Assembly: GCA_040437565.1 (NCBI GenBank) | Contig: JBDOQK010000021.1 | Location: forward strand, 434,001-498,000 | Direction: 5' to 3' | Source: Albugo candida | Lineage: Eukaryota | Length of the DNA: 64,000 nucleotides | Shown here: positions 35,171 to 48,930 of the stretch, piece by piece | Numbering within the stretch: the first letter of the stretch is position 1 | Layout of the letters: each line of letters starts with the position of its first letter | Translations under genes and position numbers: made by a program | Notes under the pieces: generated by a model | What the model saw: the letters and a program-made list of their open reading frames with translations, nothing else | Database searches by the model: none | What the model was told of the DNA's origin: nothing

Positions 35171-37798
35171 CTCTGCAGAATTCATTGTTTGGGTGGTACA
35201 TGCGGTACTGTCGTTGCCTCGTCACAGGGTGACCAAAAGGCAACTGCAAGTGTGGACCACACTAAATGTCCCACTCTTGCTGACCTTATCAAGTCACAGG
35301 AGTCCTTGCGTAGTCACAGGAGTCCTTGCGTAAGGACCGGGCTAGAGCTTGGGCGAAATTTCGCGTGAAGCTCCCAATGCCGAAAGCCTCGTATGTCAAG
35401 GCTATTTTGCAGCTATATGCTGATGGGGAGCATCCGAATTGGTCTATTTTGTCTGCGAAACTGGAAGCAGCAAGACCTTTCCAAATCCGGAAAGCAACCT
35501 TTCCCATGGTCTTGGAGACGGGTCAGAGACTGAACCGTACTCTCAATGGGAAAATTTTATCCTCTCTGATGCGAGACCACGGCAATCCGGTCTTTGAAAG
35601 TTTACTGAAGACCCGGTAATTGCTCAGGTATCCAAAATGCCTGGGGGAAACATCAGAGTGATGGTCACCACGGCGGATACCTGCCAGCAGCTGGAGTGTC
35701 AGCCGGTGATTATCCTTGGGCAAAAGCATTTTTTTCGGGAGTTTGATACTCTCAAAACAAAATACTACCTCGATGTCTTCGGCGTTGGCGTGGAGGAAGA
35801 ACGGAACAACATTCTCCGCGCTCTTCACAAACTCGGGTGTCAAGTAGGGTATGGTAACTTTCGCGAGACGGTTCCCACTAAAGAAGTGGTGATGTCGGCA
35901 TGACAAGTTTACTTTGGCTGTTCGACGTGTCCCTATCAACTGGTCAGAGTTGGTAAAGTGATTGAACAAATCGCTTACGACAAACAGCTCTACCCAGTAC
36001 GGGGTAAAAATGCTCCTATTTTAACGGAACGACCACGTTTTGGCCAACATGGTCCTTACTGCTTGGATTTGGGTGCTGTCTTAGCCTCGGGAGCACGGCA
36101 AGAGCCAAACGAAAAGAAACAGAATAACACCAACAAAAAACCAAACACAAATCACACTCAACCTCACAATCAACAATAAGCAAAACCGCAACATGGAAAA
36201 CAAAAACAACTAAACCGCGCCAACGGCAGTCGCCGTGGTCCCAAAAAAGGTAGAGAAGCCAGTTCAAATTTAAGAATTGGAGACGAGGTGACCGGAGCGA
36301 AAACAATCCGACCAAATTTCGTTGGAGCTCAACACTCCTCCCTCTATCACACCACCAGGGTCACCAACCTTATCGCAACCCAATCCCCCCATTCTACACT
36401 TGAAAAGTCAATCATCTTTCCATCCACGGGTGGAGAAGGATGGTGACAAATACATGCAGTTCGCATGGACGCGAGGAAAGAATAATCCCACTGAGCCTTT
36501 CGACCAAATGGTTTCCAATGCACCACATCGGGCACTCCCAACGTTGGCGACAAGCAATTACTTTGCTGTGCTCGCAACTATGGAGGTGGAGGTCAAAGAA
36601 GTCCAAGCGGTTGCCAACCGGAGCATGGCAACCGCATTCAAATTATTCCCGTGAAAGCACGGATGCCAAAGGATGTGGCCACTTTTTAGCGCAATTTTAT
36701 AAGAAGCTTCATACAAAACGGTAGAAAAAGCGGAGCGACCAATTCGAATAGGTGAAATCGGAGAGCTCATGAAAATAGATTCCAAAAATTCACTCCACTA
36801 GCTTCGACCTGACAAGCTGGTTCAGGGCGATGCGTGCATCCCTCATGTGCTTCGGCTGGTACAATTTTGTACCAACCCAGACCAAATCATCCGAGGAGCA
36901 TTACATCATCCCATCACTATGCATGGGGTGCTTATTTCATGCATGGAGACGAATGATCCTGCGTTGGACGAAGTAGCACATCTGCTTCTAATCAATCGCG
37001 TTTTGCGGCGCACAATCTCGGCGAAGATGTCACGTTTACGACGCGATGGAATCGCCACGTTGGTGGGAAAGTTCCCACAAAGAGAGATGTATTGTTCGAG
37101 AAAGTGATGCTGCTGTGGTGGAAGTCAGTGCCGGACACTGCTCACGGTTTGACTCGGGCGACCAAAGCTCTCGCATTATTGAAACTATTATTTATGTCTA
37201 CTGCCCCGACATTTTACACAAACGATCACTGGATCCACTATCCTATCGATAGACCAGTGATTTGGATTCCGGGCACCATTGTTGTTTACTCCCAATCAAA
37301 GTGCTCATCTCCAAAAAAGGAACTTGTAGTTCACCGTCTTGTCGGCGAAGATATAAAAACTCTTTGCTGAGTAGGTGAATGATCTCAGTCGAGGCGCTAC
37401 CGTCAAAGATATCGTCACTACTATCGCGATCACTGCAATTCAAGCGGATGCATATATGTGTCGGTTTCCAAGTGCGGACGAGTCTTAACACAGCTTCGGG
37501 CTCTTGAATAACAAGCTCGTGGTTTTATACAAAACCACGCTCCTCCGATGTGGGCATAAAGTGTTGGTCTTGATGGTTTGGTGGTAAATGGCAAGGACTT
37601 CTCTGTGGCGATATCGGCGAGTTCTCAGTAAATCTTAGCTTTTTCCTAGAAGAGAAAGCAACACTCCACCTCTCAAAAGCAGATGGTGAAACGAGGTTGA
37701 TTTCTGGTCCACTTCAGCTTAAATGCTAAGGACACCTCGATTATTTCAACGTGGAACAATATCTCAGCACTCACGGTGAATGTTAATGGAATTCATAA
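35170..37798 (+). mobile_element. Decayed L1/Tx1-like LINE: ORF1 region and the start of the APE endonuclease
   Basis: Homologous in inverted orientation to 38250-40450 (HGNPVFESLL and KATASVD.TK.PTLA shared). Ends with ISALTVNVNGIH, the APE N-terminal motif, at the gap. Confidence 0.75.
35292..35331. repeat. Exact 20-bp tandem duplication AGTCACAGGAGTCCTTGCGT x2
   Basis: Directly visible. Confidence 0.9.
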
Positions 37799-37898
37799 NN
37801 NNNNNNNNNNNNNNNNNNNNNNNNNNNNNNNNNNNNNNNNNNNNNNNNNNNNNNNNNNNNNNNNNNNNNNNNNNNNNNNNNNNNNNNNNNNNNNNNNN

Positions 37899-40500
37899 GT
37901 GTAGAATTGTTCCACTTGAAGCATCGATAGCTGGATCGAGTGGTGTATAAAAATCACCAAATATGAGATGAGTTGCGGTCGATTCGGAAGTGGTGGAGAG
38001 AAATAACTCATAAAAATCACTCTTTCCTCGGCCCGCATTGGTGCATATACATTGCGAATATACACCGGTGCGTCGTGAATGAGAGGAACCAAAACCAAAT
38101 AACAATTTGGAATACTTCGTTCGGTGAATTCGTCACCAATTGGTTGTGAACTTGGAACTTTGTCTCTTGAAAACAACGAATGGAGTACTGTGATAGGACG
38201 TGATCGATAAGATGACGATTTTTATGGATCCCATCGGCATTCAACGTGAGTGCTTAGATATCGTTCCACTCTGAAATTATCGACGAGCCCTTAGCATTCA
38301 CGCTGAAGTTGACCGTCAATCAACTTTCTCCTTCCATTTTGAGTCGAGAGGTTTAGTTTTCCTAACTCTTCCGGGAAAAAGAAAGTTTCGAGAGAGAGCT
38401 CTTCAATTTCGCCACAGAGAACCCCTTGCCATTCACCAACGAATCATTGAGACCAAGACTTAATGCCTACCTCTGAGTGTGACAACGATAGTAGCACATT
38501 GGCTGGCAACAAGGGACTGTTTCCTGGAATCCAAATAAATGCCGCTTCAGTGTGATATTTGGCCAAATCATCATTTGTGTAAAAAATGGGGGCAGTATAC
38601 ATAACACCTTTAGTCGCTCTTGACAAACCGAGAACCATTTCCGGCATCGCCCTTCACCATAAGGCGATTTTCTTGAAAATCACATTTCGTTGCAACGGAA
38701 CTTTCCCACCAACATTTCGACTCCATCGTGTAGGGAACGTGACATCTTCATTCAAATTTTGAGCAGTGAAACTTGAGTGACCAGCAGTAAATGCGCAACA
38801 TCGTCCAATGCTTTGTCATTGGACTCCATACAGGCAAGTAACACACACTTATAGCGATTGGATAATCAGGTGCTGATCGAATATTGACCGGATTTGTGCT
38901 GAACTGAATCAGCCTGCTTGGACCAGCTTGTCCGGTCTAATCGCGTGGATGGCATTTTTGAAATCAAATTCCATTAGCTCTCCCACCTCGCCAAGTCTGA
39001 TTGCTCGCTCCAATTTTCAACCTTTGTGTGGCATTCTCGAAAAGAATGAGCTGTCGATTTCAGATTGGCTACTTTTTCTGGAATACGTGTTGTCACGGGA
39101 GAAATGTGAATTTGTGTGCCATGTTCCGGATTGCCAATTGCTTCGACTTCCTTTCTCCCTACCTCCATTTCCGAGAGAACAGACAAATAGTTCTTTTTGG
39201 TCACCAAACCAGGTAGAGCACTAGGTCGTGCTTTTTACCCCATGTGTCGAAATGGGTCCAAACGTGTGACGTTTACCTTGTGAACGAACCGCCTACATGG
39301 TGATATACCCATCCCTTCCACTGGTTCTGATAAGACGAGTGGAGCTGGTTTTCTTCAAGTACGAGAAGAGGAAGGGTTGGTTGCGTCAGTTCCGGGATTT
39401 CTGGTGGTGTGATATCTGGAAGAGAGTTGAACTCCAACGAAATTTGGTAGGAAAGTTTTTGTTCGACTTTCATTGTTGCCTTCTATTGATCGAGAATCGC
39501 TACATCCCTGGGTTGTCTGGCGACCACAGATGCCGCATTTGGTATTTCTTGCTGATTTTTGAACTTTTGTTCCGTCAGTGGGAATGGCTTCTAGATCCAA
39601 ACAATATGGACCACGCTGACCGTGCCATGCACGTTCCGTTGGAATCGGAGCATTCTTACTCCTTACAGAAAAAATTGATTTGCCGAAAGCGATTTGCTCG
39701 CATACTTTCCCTACACGCAACAATGTTCCAGGCATGTGTAGGACGCAGAGAAAACTCTCAACGTCGTTTTAACGACTCCTTTGGAGGAATTTGCTTCTTG
39801 AAATGTATCGAAAACGATTACGCGATTTCTTTAGTGAAGGGATATCTAAATACTATTCCAATCAACTTTCAGACCGAGTCCAAACATGTTTATTTAATAC
39901 CGGCGTTCTAAAGTTTCGTGCTCTTTGAAGAAGTACTTTCACCTCGAACGGTGACCGTCTGGCACTCCAGTTGTTCAAACGCGTCTCTAGACGTGAACAT
40001 CATACGAACAATTTCTCCTGGGAGTTTCGACGCCTATCAAATCTGACGACTATCCAGGAGAGACTCAAACACCGGGTTGCCGTGATGCCGGAGGAGTGAT
40101 GTCAGTAATTTACATTTAGAACGCGAGTCGAAGCCTGACCCCCCCAAAAAAAAACTCATTGGAAAACTGCTTTTGTAATCTTCAAAGGACTTGCGGCCTC
40201 GATTTTGGCGACCACGACTTATCAATCCGGATAATCTTCCGCATAAGTTCAGATCTTGCAGCAAAATTTGAAGATTTTGTCTTTGGGAGCTCCACGCGGT
40301 ATTGCGCTTTCGCTCTATCACTGTCTTTGCGCGTGGATTCATCAGACTTGAAGGGTTCTGCCAAAGTGGGACGTTTGGTTTCGTCCACGCTTGCAGTTGC
40401 CTTGGCACCACTCCGTGACGAGGCATTGACAGTACCATCGGCATTAACCTGTGCAGTCACACTGGTGGTGGGGTACTCTCCACGTCTTCGCACAGGGGTG
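37899..40500 (-). mobile_element. Decayed L1/Tx1-like LINE: ORF1 plus APE endonuclease
   Basis: APE motifs TLNADG, CFQETK, NVYAP and IFGDFYTPLD in order, across frameshifts. The upstream ORF1 is homologous to the plus-strand copy. Confidence 0.8.
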
Positions 40501-41060
40501 ATGACTCATCAACAATCATGCAGTCAGCCGAGGCAAGGTGGCTCACGATGGTTGTCACGTCACTACAAGTGGAAGCTGGAACCCGTGGCTGTGTCTATAC
40601 GTCGACTTAAACAAGTATGTTCGAGCTATCTCAGTAAATCGGCGGGCTACGTAATAGCCGGCGAATTGAATAGTCTCAAACACTACACTGTTACTTTCCC
40701 TGGGTCGAAATCAGCAATAACATCAGGTCGAACGTGATATAGATACTGTTTACACTGTCCATATATTCCACATATCTTAATTAGGCGCTGCTGAAAGTAC
40801 GAAGGTTTTGTCGACCCTGTACTCTTCTGACATTGGTTATGCTTGTATCCCACTTCATCGCATTCGTGTCAGCGAATGGTATATCCAATCTCTCGATCGA
40901 TTGTTGCGTTCTTCACGACAAGTCTTTGTCACTAGAGTGTTACGGTTGTTGCGCCAAACTNNNNNNNNNNNNNNNNNNNNNNNNNNNNNNNNNNNNNNNN
41001 NNNNNNNNNNNNNNNNNNNNNNNNNNNNNNNNNNNNNNNNNNNNNNNNNNNNNNNNNNNN

Positions 41061-42868
41061 TCTCTTCGTGGGATGACTCGATGTCCACGTTCCGTCAAAA
41101 CGACGCGCTTGTACCTTTTGTGCGCTTAGTATTTTTGAGGCCAGACCAGGTTTGATCAGATTTGTGGACGCACCAGAGTCGATCAAAATCTTGACGGATT
41201 TGTTTCCAATGACACCATCACGTACTAGTAGTCGACCTTGCACAGGCATGTCCGATCCGAAGCTGCTTGATTCTAAGCTAATAGGTTCTACTTCTGTCAT
41301 CTTTTGGACCTTCAAGGCATTGATCGTGACACGGTCGTAAAAAGTGGATTCTTGTTCGTCCTCACGGCTGTTCACATGGTTAACTTGCTGACGACTTACA
41401 TTTTGCTGATAATTCCGTTCGGAACGATTGTTACCTCGATCATTACGTGGCTGGCGCTGAAGACACTGTGCGGAGCGATGATTTGGACTTCCGCACTTGA
41501 AGTACAAATTACGGCGGCGACATTCGTCACGAGACGGATTTTGTACGTAGCTGATGTCCATTGGCTCCGGACCATCGTTCAATCGATATCGATGACTGCT
41601 TTCGTATGGCCTGTACCGCGGTCTATCGTGCGAAATTCCTCGAGAATGTCTCGTCGGATGAGAACGGTCAAAGTCTAACGCAACCGTAATAGCTTCGGAG
41701 AGTGTTGTACAGCGACGGTACTGAATTTCTTCCCGCGTGCGACCTTTCAGTCCACGGAGAAAGTACATCTGGTCCAGCTCGCTCATCTCTTGAACTTGAG
41801 TGACTACGTGGCGAACTTGCACACACAATCAGGAAGATCTTCGCAATCGCCCTCTCTCATATTGTTCATATCCTCACGAAGACGCTCTTGCAGATCAACA
41901 GGGGCAAATTCACGTTCAACTTTGCTGAAGAAATCGTCCACGTTTGTGACATACTGTTTTTGCATCACATACCACTGAGCGGCTCCTTTCTTCATTGTAC
42001 CGCCTGAAAGAGCGAGTATTCTTTGAGAAAGTTATAGACTCTTCCAGCTCACTCCTCTTGCAAAGAAGTATTGTTCCACTTGCTCCTTGTGAGTTGAAAT
42101 GATTCATCCAACCTACCTCCATACGTCGGAAGGTTCACACCCACCCTCTAGCTTGATTTCCGAAAGCTGTTTTGATTTTTGAAATTGCTCGAGCAATTGC
42201 GCTTGTTTTTCCATAGTTTTAACCATAGACTACAGCAATTGTGCATGCTGATCAGAAGTCATCGGGGTGAACATTGTTGAACCAATACGATTAGTTAACT
42301 CTACGTGGTTGATCTGGGGTCCTTTTTGGCTCTTGAGTGCTTCTCTTGACAACCTTTGGTCCGGGTTTTAAGGAGGTTTTCGACTTGGCGGTCGGCACAA
42401 GGGACTCGGATAATTTTGACCCTGTGCTTAGCGATTTCGCGTGAGATGCGCAGGTTCACAGTGCTCTCGAATCTGAGCAAGTCACTGGCGTGCGAGAGTA
42501 AGGGCATTTTGATGTTTTTTGCGCGAGTCGGAGCGGTAAGACGTGTCCGGGTGTTTCTCGAGGCGGCAAGAATGCGGCTGGTGCGGTAGGGACGGTGAGC
42601 ACGGCGAAGACGGCGATGCTGGAAAACGGCGATGCTGCAGGGACGACGAGGACGGCGGGGACGGTGAGGACCAACAAGTGCTACCAGATTTGAAGACTGA
42701 TTGTTCACTTAGAACTTTAAAACTGACTTAATATAGGTCCTTAGTTCGCTACCCTGTGCTACCTCTAAGCCTATCATTCTAGGTCCCTCTATAATGTTCC
42801 TAATGACGTCATCTTGTGACGTCAGAACATAACGTCAGCCTATGACGTCATGGCTTGTCTACCATACA
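41061..42868 (-). mobile_element. Gypsy/Ty3 LTR retrotransposon 5' part: LTR 42300-42868, gag, zinc knuckle and aspartic protease
   Basis: Gag motifs FLRGLK, GPEPMDIS and FKCGSPNHRSAQC; protease ILIDSGASTNLI; frameshifts in gag; LTR homologous to 10971-11362. Truncated at an N gap. Confidence 0.9.
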
Positions 42869-44244
42869 GTCAGCTCAATCTTGTTGCCCGACTCGGCGGC
42901 ATAACAACTCTATCATGTGCAGCACTCGACGCATTTCTTATAATCACTAGAATGGCCGACTGGACATTGCTGCAATGATGAATATTGGTTAAAATCGGCG
43001 GTCTTCCATTTTGCAGTTCCAATTCCACCACGCCTCTGGCTTCATATCAATATATGCAAACGACTCATTCTTTGCAAGATAGATACCATCATTAGACTTT
43101 CAGAAGTTATAAATTTTTTCGTTAGGACATCGTAGCTCACATTTGTCGCCATAGTTTTAGCATCATAGCCTGTAACAACTCAGCTAGCACGATGATAGAA
43201 ATGATAATGTATTGAAGTTATTGAAAAACACAAAAGCAAAAGTCCTTCTTTACTCGAGCCTTTAAGATTTAAGATGCACCACTTTTACAAGATTGGAGCA
43301 CACAATGACGTTTATACCGGTAACATGGGATGAAGCTATTCGAAGACTCTTATTTGTAGAGGTAGGTATCGTACTATCTATTGGATGATCAATCCCCGTG
43401 CATGAAGAACACGTTCTATATTCAGTGAATGATTATGAACTTATGGAAGCAACTGACACAAATTGGCTGAGCTTATCGCCTCCCGTCGATACCTTTATAC
43501 TAGAGAGATAAATCGCAGCCAGATAGCTGAGTATCAGGCGTTACAACTGAGATGAGATTCACTAACTATATTTGTCTGCGCCAATACGAAACGGTGACGC
43601 ACAGTTAATAGTCAAAACGAGATGCATAAGAAAATCTCTGCTGCGAATATTTTTGGACTGAATCATTCCGAATTCCTGATATAGCCCAGCTGTTAGAAAG
43701 ACTATCAAATTGCGATTTGCTTCGTTCGCATGATATGGCAGTTGACGTTTTCACTCTGCTACATATTTATGCTATTTGATACCATAGCCACTATAAAATC
43801 ATGCCTGTATTCTCGTCAGCCAGTCCTTAGTGCTGATGAACTTGTACCTTATTTGGTGATGTCTCTCGACAGGAATTGTAGTGTTCTATATAATTCCAGC
43901 TTTCTGTTTGAAGGCTCCGAGTAGTCTGATTCGGAGACCAACACAAGTTTTCGAAAGAAAAGACGAGTCGACCTAGTTCATCGATACTGGATCTAACCGA
44001 CTACTTTGTAACAAAACCAGACATAAGTGATAATAAGAACATGAGAGTCGGTCCTTTCAAAGTTTGCTGTTTGGAGGAGCGATTTCAAATGACTTGATTG
44101 CGAAGTAATCTGCGCGTGTGTACCCAGCCATACACTGATAAACTTATAAGGAGCTCCTATCTATGATGAAGAAACGTTTTCTGCAAAAAATGGCTAGATT
44201 ACTCACCGCATATCGGATGAAGTAATATGTGCATTTCATAACGT

Positions 44245-47200
44245 GATATTTCATGTATATTCTTTGGGTCGTGTAAGTGTCTGTTCCTGTCAGTACGCTT
44301 TAGAGTTAACTTTTTATTTGTCATGGTTTTTGGATAGGGTAAAGCGAATGTTCGGCAGCTTACATGCAAATGTCACTAACTTTATAAAGTCCATATCAAT
44401 GCACCCTTGGAATTCTGTATCTGCATTTGATTCATTTTACATCAATGGTAGTGACTTTGGTGAAGTGTTTTAAATTTTGCGCCCAAAGAAGACTCTGCAC
44501 AACTTTTATGCATAGTACTGTCGTACTATGGGGTAGCGGTGTTACCAGATAACACAGCAATTCTACTCATGAGCCACAAGCAAGCTACAAAAACAGCACC
44601 ATTCTCTCACACGTTTGTTATCGAAAAAAATCAAAAAGACCAGCAACATTTTCCATAGATACTCGAGAACTACACTAAGCTAACGCTTCACGCGTTAGGA
44701 GCGCTGGTTGTAAATATAAAAATCTCAATTATGAAGCGAACGCTCTATAATGTTTACCTTCAATTGCTTGCGATGAAGCTACTTTGCGGCTTAGAAATGA
44801 CACAGGAATGATATGGATCACCCTACCATGCATGCTCGTTGCCGTTTTGTATAGCGAGCATAGTGAATTGCCGTTGCAAGCGCTGTTTCTTTAAAAATAA
44901 CGATTGCTTTCGTGCATGTCGCATTCATTTGATCCTCACACAGTAGCCATGAGTAGGCTGTCTCAGTCTGTGTGTCAACTTTTCAGCAAGAAAATGATAA
45001 ATGCACGCAGTACAGCAATATTCTCATTTTGAACCATCTACTTTATCAAAGCATGGGCTCGCTGTGTGCTGGAAGGAAATGGTTCCGTGTAGTCTCACGT
45101 GATAACGTCTCAAAGCAACTTAAATTTGATTTCCGCACACGCCATGTTTATCCACAGAGCGACAACCTTTCATTGCCCTCTCAACAAAACCGTTGTTGGC
45201 CTGTCATCTTTCGTTACCAAGGAATAGTAGGTCTAACTCGATCAATTCTTTATATCTCATTGCGACCACACAATCAAAATGTCCTGATTGTCAATGTCTT
45301 ACCAAAATTAATTTGGAAAACCAGGGACTAATGGCGTGTAGATGCGGAAAGCTGTTCTGCGGATGCTGAAGTCCACAGATGTTCTATGCGACGTTTTGAA
45401 TAGAAGTATTGCCGCATTCTGAGAAAAATATGGACTAAGTTGGGTGGTCGTAATCACTCCAGACTTCAGTAGGCTAACCAAATTGACAGTGGGGTGAGTC
45501 CTGATGATTGTAAAAGTAAGCGCTGTAGCCACAGGTGTAGTCCGGTCAATTCCGTCACTTCACGGACTACGTAGCGTTTGTATCCGTCGTAGTGAATATC
45601 TCACCTCAACTCCTCATTATTTCCACACAGCAATATGTCAGTTTACCAAAAGGAAGGATAAGCTGCTTGATTGGTGGTAGCTGCCAAAGTGAGTATATTA
45701 TACTTATTTCTCTACTCGACTTTTCATTCACGCAGCCTAACGTCGTGCGTACCGTCCCTATCCATGACGTACCACCCACGTCGTGATTATACCGCGAAAC
45801 TGGATGCCTGCTGTGTCTCGAACGCCGCGAGGATTCAACCCAATATGTTCCACGGGAGATTGATTTGCCACGTAGCGTAATACTTGTGATTTGTCTTATC
45901 AAACTTCACCGGTGACGTAAACCATGAAATCAGTGGTCCACTCAAGTTGCATGTGCATGTTTCCCCGTGTGGAGCGAGAAGTCAGTCTCGCACTGCCATA
46001 TGTTATGAAGCTGCGCTGCCCCGTCGATTCTGAGTGATGACCAGACTTGCTGTCAAGAGTCCTCTGGGATGCGGCGTTCACAGCATCAGCTACATTCAAT
46101 GCTCAATATTTCTTGCAAGTCACGCTTATATGACCCTTCTTCTCACAATGAAAAAAAGAACAAGTCTTTTCGTTCTCTCGTCATGTTCTATGCAGACGGT
46201 GTCTAACTCCCTCGACCTTGAAAGTAGCTACTGGCGACGCGGGTTTAAGGTGACATTACGGAGAATTCATCGGGGTAAGAGCAATAATATTATAACTTGC
46301 CTAAACAGCCTTCCCGCTGCTAATTTTATTTATTCACGCCAGAGGAACTCCTTGAGTATAATTTATGGGTAAACAAGCCCAACAAAATCGTCATGTGAAC
46401 ATTCACGAGACGGAATCATCGTTCTTTGATGTAACGACCAATCAAGTCTGGCACTTTGACATCATCAGCAGGAGAACCCAATCGCCCGGTATATGCATGC
46501 CATACTTGAGGATGTTACGTCGTGCCAGATAAACACCTGCCTGGAACACTTCTTTTTACTCGAAGCTTTCTATGAAAGCTTCAAATCCCTGATTTGTAGT
46601 ACCTCGGCTCAGAGAGGCACATTTGCGCTTGTGATGCTCTGTCTGAAGATTTTTGTGGCAGCTGCCGGCGCATAAACTAGCCCCCTCGCTCGCTGCTATT
46701 GTACGTCGTTACCTATGTCTTGCTCTAATATGTTGCGCTGGAATTGGCACTAATTCGTCTGAAGAGAGGAAAGCGTCATATCGGGCTAGTTTCGGTGCGT
46801 TTCTCCACATAAGTGCGAAGGTGCTGCTACCGGTAGGCACGGACGAAGCTCAGTCACCTTCAACTCTTCGAGATTTTAGCCTGTTAAGGCGAGCTCCAAT
46901 GTCCCTTTTCATCGTCGTCTTCAATTCTAGCAGCTTGATCAGATAAATTTGCGCTCATAATCTTTCAGCAACTTGAGGACAGCATCCTTGGAGGGCATGC
47001 TGAATTAAGTATAGTATCCTGAATTGAATAGGTTGAATCGTCTCAAGCAGACTTACCTGGTGCTGTGACATTTGCACTACTCGCGCCGGTATTATATCGC
47101 TACATGCGATTCTCGCTATGTCAAAAACTTTGGAAAATTATATCGTCTCTAAAACATGCCTTCTTGACCGCAGGAATACTTTACTTCTTGTGAACAGTGT

Positions 47201-48930
47201 TGGAACAACAAAGCGTCAGGGACGTTTTGTCAAGTAAACTCAACAATATCTTGGTNNNNNNNNNNNNNNNNNNNNNNNNNNNNNNNNNNNNNNNNNNNNN
47301 NNNNNNNNNNNNNNNNNNNNNNNNNNNNNNNNNNNNNNNNNNNNNNNNNNNNNNNGTCGTCTTCAATTCTAGCAGCTTGATCAGATAAATTTGCGCTCAT
47401 AATCTTTCAGCAACTTGAGGAAAGCATCCTTGGAGGGCATGCTGAATTAAGTATAGTATCCTGAATTGAATAGGTTGAATCGTCTCAAGCAGACTTACCT
47501 GGTGCTGTGACATTTGCACTACTCGCGCCGGTATTATATCGCTACATGCGATTCTCGCTATGTCAAAAACTTTGGAAAATTATATCGTCTCTAAAACATG
47601 CCTTCTTGACCGCAGGAATACTTTACTTCTTGTGAACAGTGTTGGAACAACAAAGCGTCAGGGACGTTTTGTCAAGTAAACTCAACAATATCTTGGTTAA
47701 GACCAAACGGGGCAAAGTATCTCCAATATTAAGAGTCGATGATATAAAAGCAGTAATTTGTTTGTCCTGTAAATAACACTTCAGACTAGCAAGCGTCACT
47801 ATATATATAGTGATACTATTCCAACAAGCTCTTTCTCTTCAGTGGGGTCGAAATGATCTGTCCGTTGTTTATTTGAGGACTTGACTGACGTGATCTTAAT
47901 GCATCAAGAAGAGAATGCTTCGAATTTCTTACCAACCAGCAAATAATATTCCACAGATTCCTAATGAAGCTTGGTACGTGACGATGGAACGGGTACAGCA
48001 CCGCGTGTGGCCATTAACACCTTAACGTGATGTTTCTAAACAGTATGTGTGTAAAAGCGCCAAATACCGGACCACAATGTGTGTAACGTTGGAACAAGCG
48101 CGACACATATGTAAACGAATACGTGAAGTGTAAGAAGCCGTCTCGTGACAAGGAAGCTGCTGAGTAAATAACCAGCAATCATTCCTCCTGGTTGAGAAGC
48201 TCCTTGAGACAAGCACCGTCAAGGAGATAGTTTGACTAGACATACGATCATGCCTACTGTGAGTCACAGCATCGCTGTAAGTATCTTATTACTTAGGCGT
48301 GTTCTGCAACCTTTGGATAATTTCGCAATGATCGATAAATCCCAAGATAGACACCTAGACCAGGATCTCTTGGGGCTATAAAAGCTTGAAGTGAATAACC
48401 GAGGTAGATTCTGCTTCTAGCGATAAGAAAGTGTTCTCTTTTTGACAAATTAATGTCATGCTTGATCAGCGTACATATTTTACAATCAGGTAATCATTTC
48501 TTGGTGTTATCCCTCGTAAAACGCCACATGAGGCACGAATGTAGTGCAATTGGTATTTGTATGAGAAATGTACTGGGTGTTCCTCAGTCGTGCGTTATGT
48601 CATGCCAAAGTTATATTAAAAAAAAAATTGCATCTGATTAAGTAGCCGTAACATTTGACTGATACACTTGAAGTATTCCAACTTGAGAGACAGTAAAGCC
48701 TTCAGTGTATATACTGTTGAGATGTCAGTTCTCTCTGCTGTGCCACGATTTACTTTTTCTTTAGGACACTGATTATGAGATAATACTGGATAACACTTCC
48801 GTCCATTGCTTGTGCAACTCCACTGAAGCAATCAATTCATGAAAGGCCACGAATATTCTCTGACTCGTATCTATTACGTAACTTCGTTGAGTTTCTCCAG
48901 AATCAGTCGAGATTATCCGCTTTTTCTTAA
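44245..48930 (+). repeat. Segmental duplication, copy 2 (lacks the CCG-bearing interval)
   Basis: Matches 24193-27290 and then, with no intervening sequence, 32042-33226. The junction is near 47840. Confidence 0.9.

Noticed and set aside
39297-39911. 204-aa plus-strand ORF (also 40159-40737)
   Set aside because: Antisense shadows of the minus-strand LINE ORF1.
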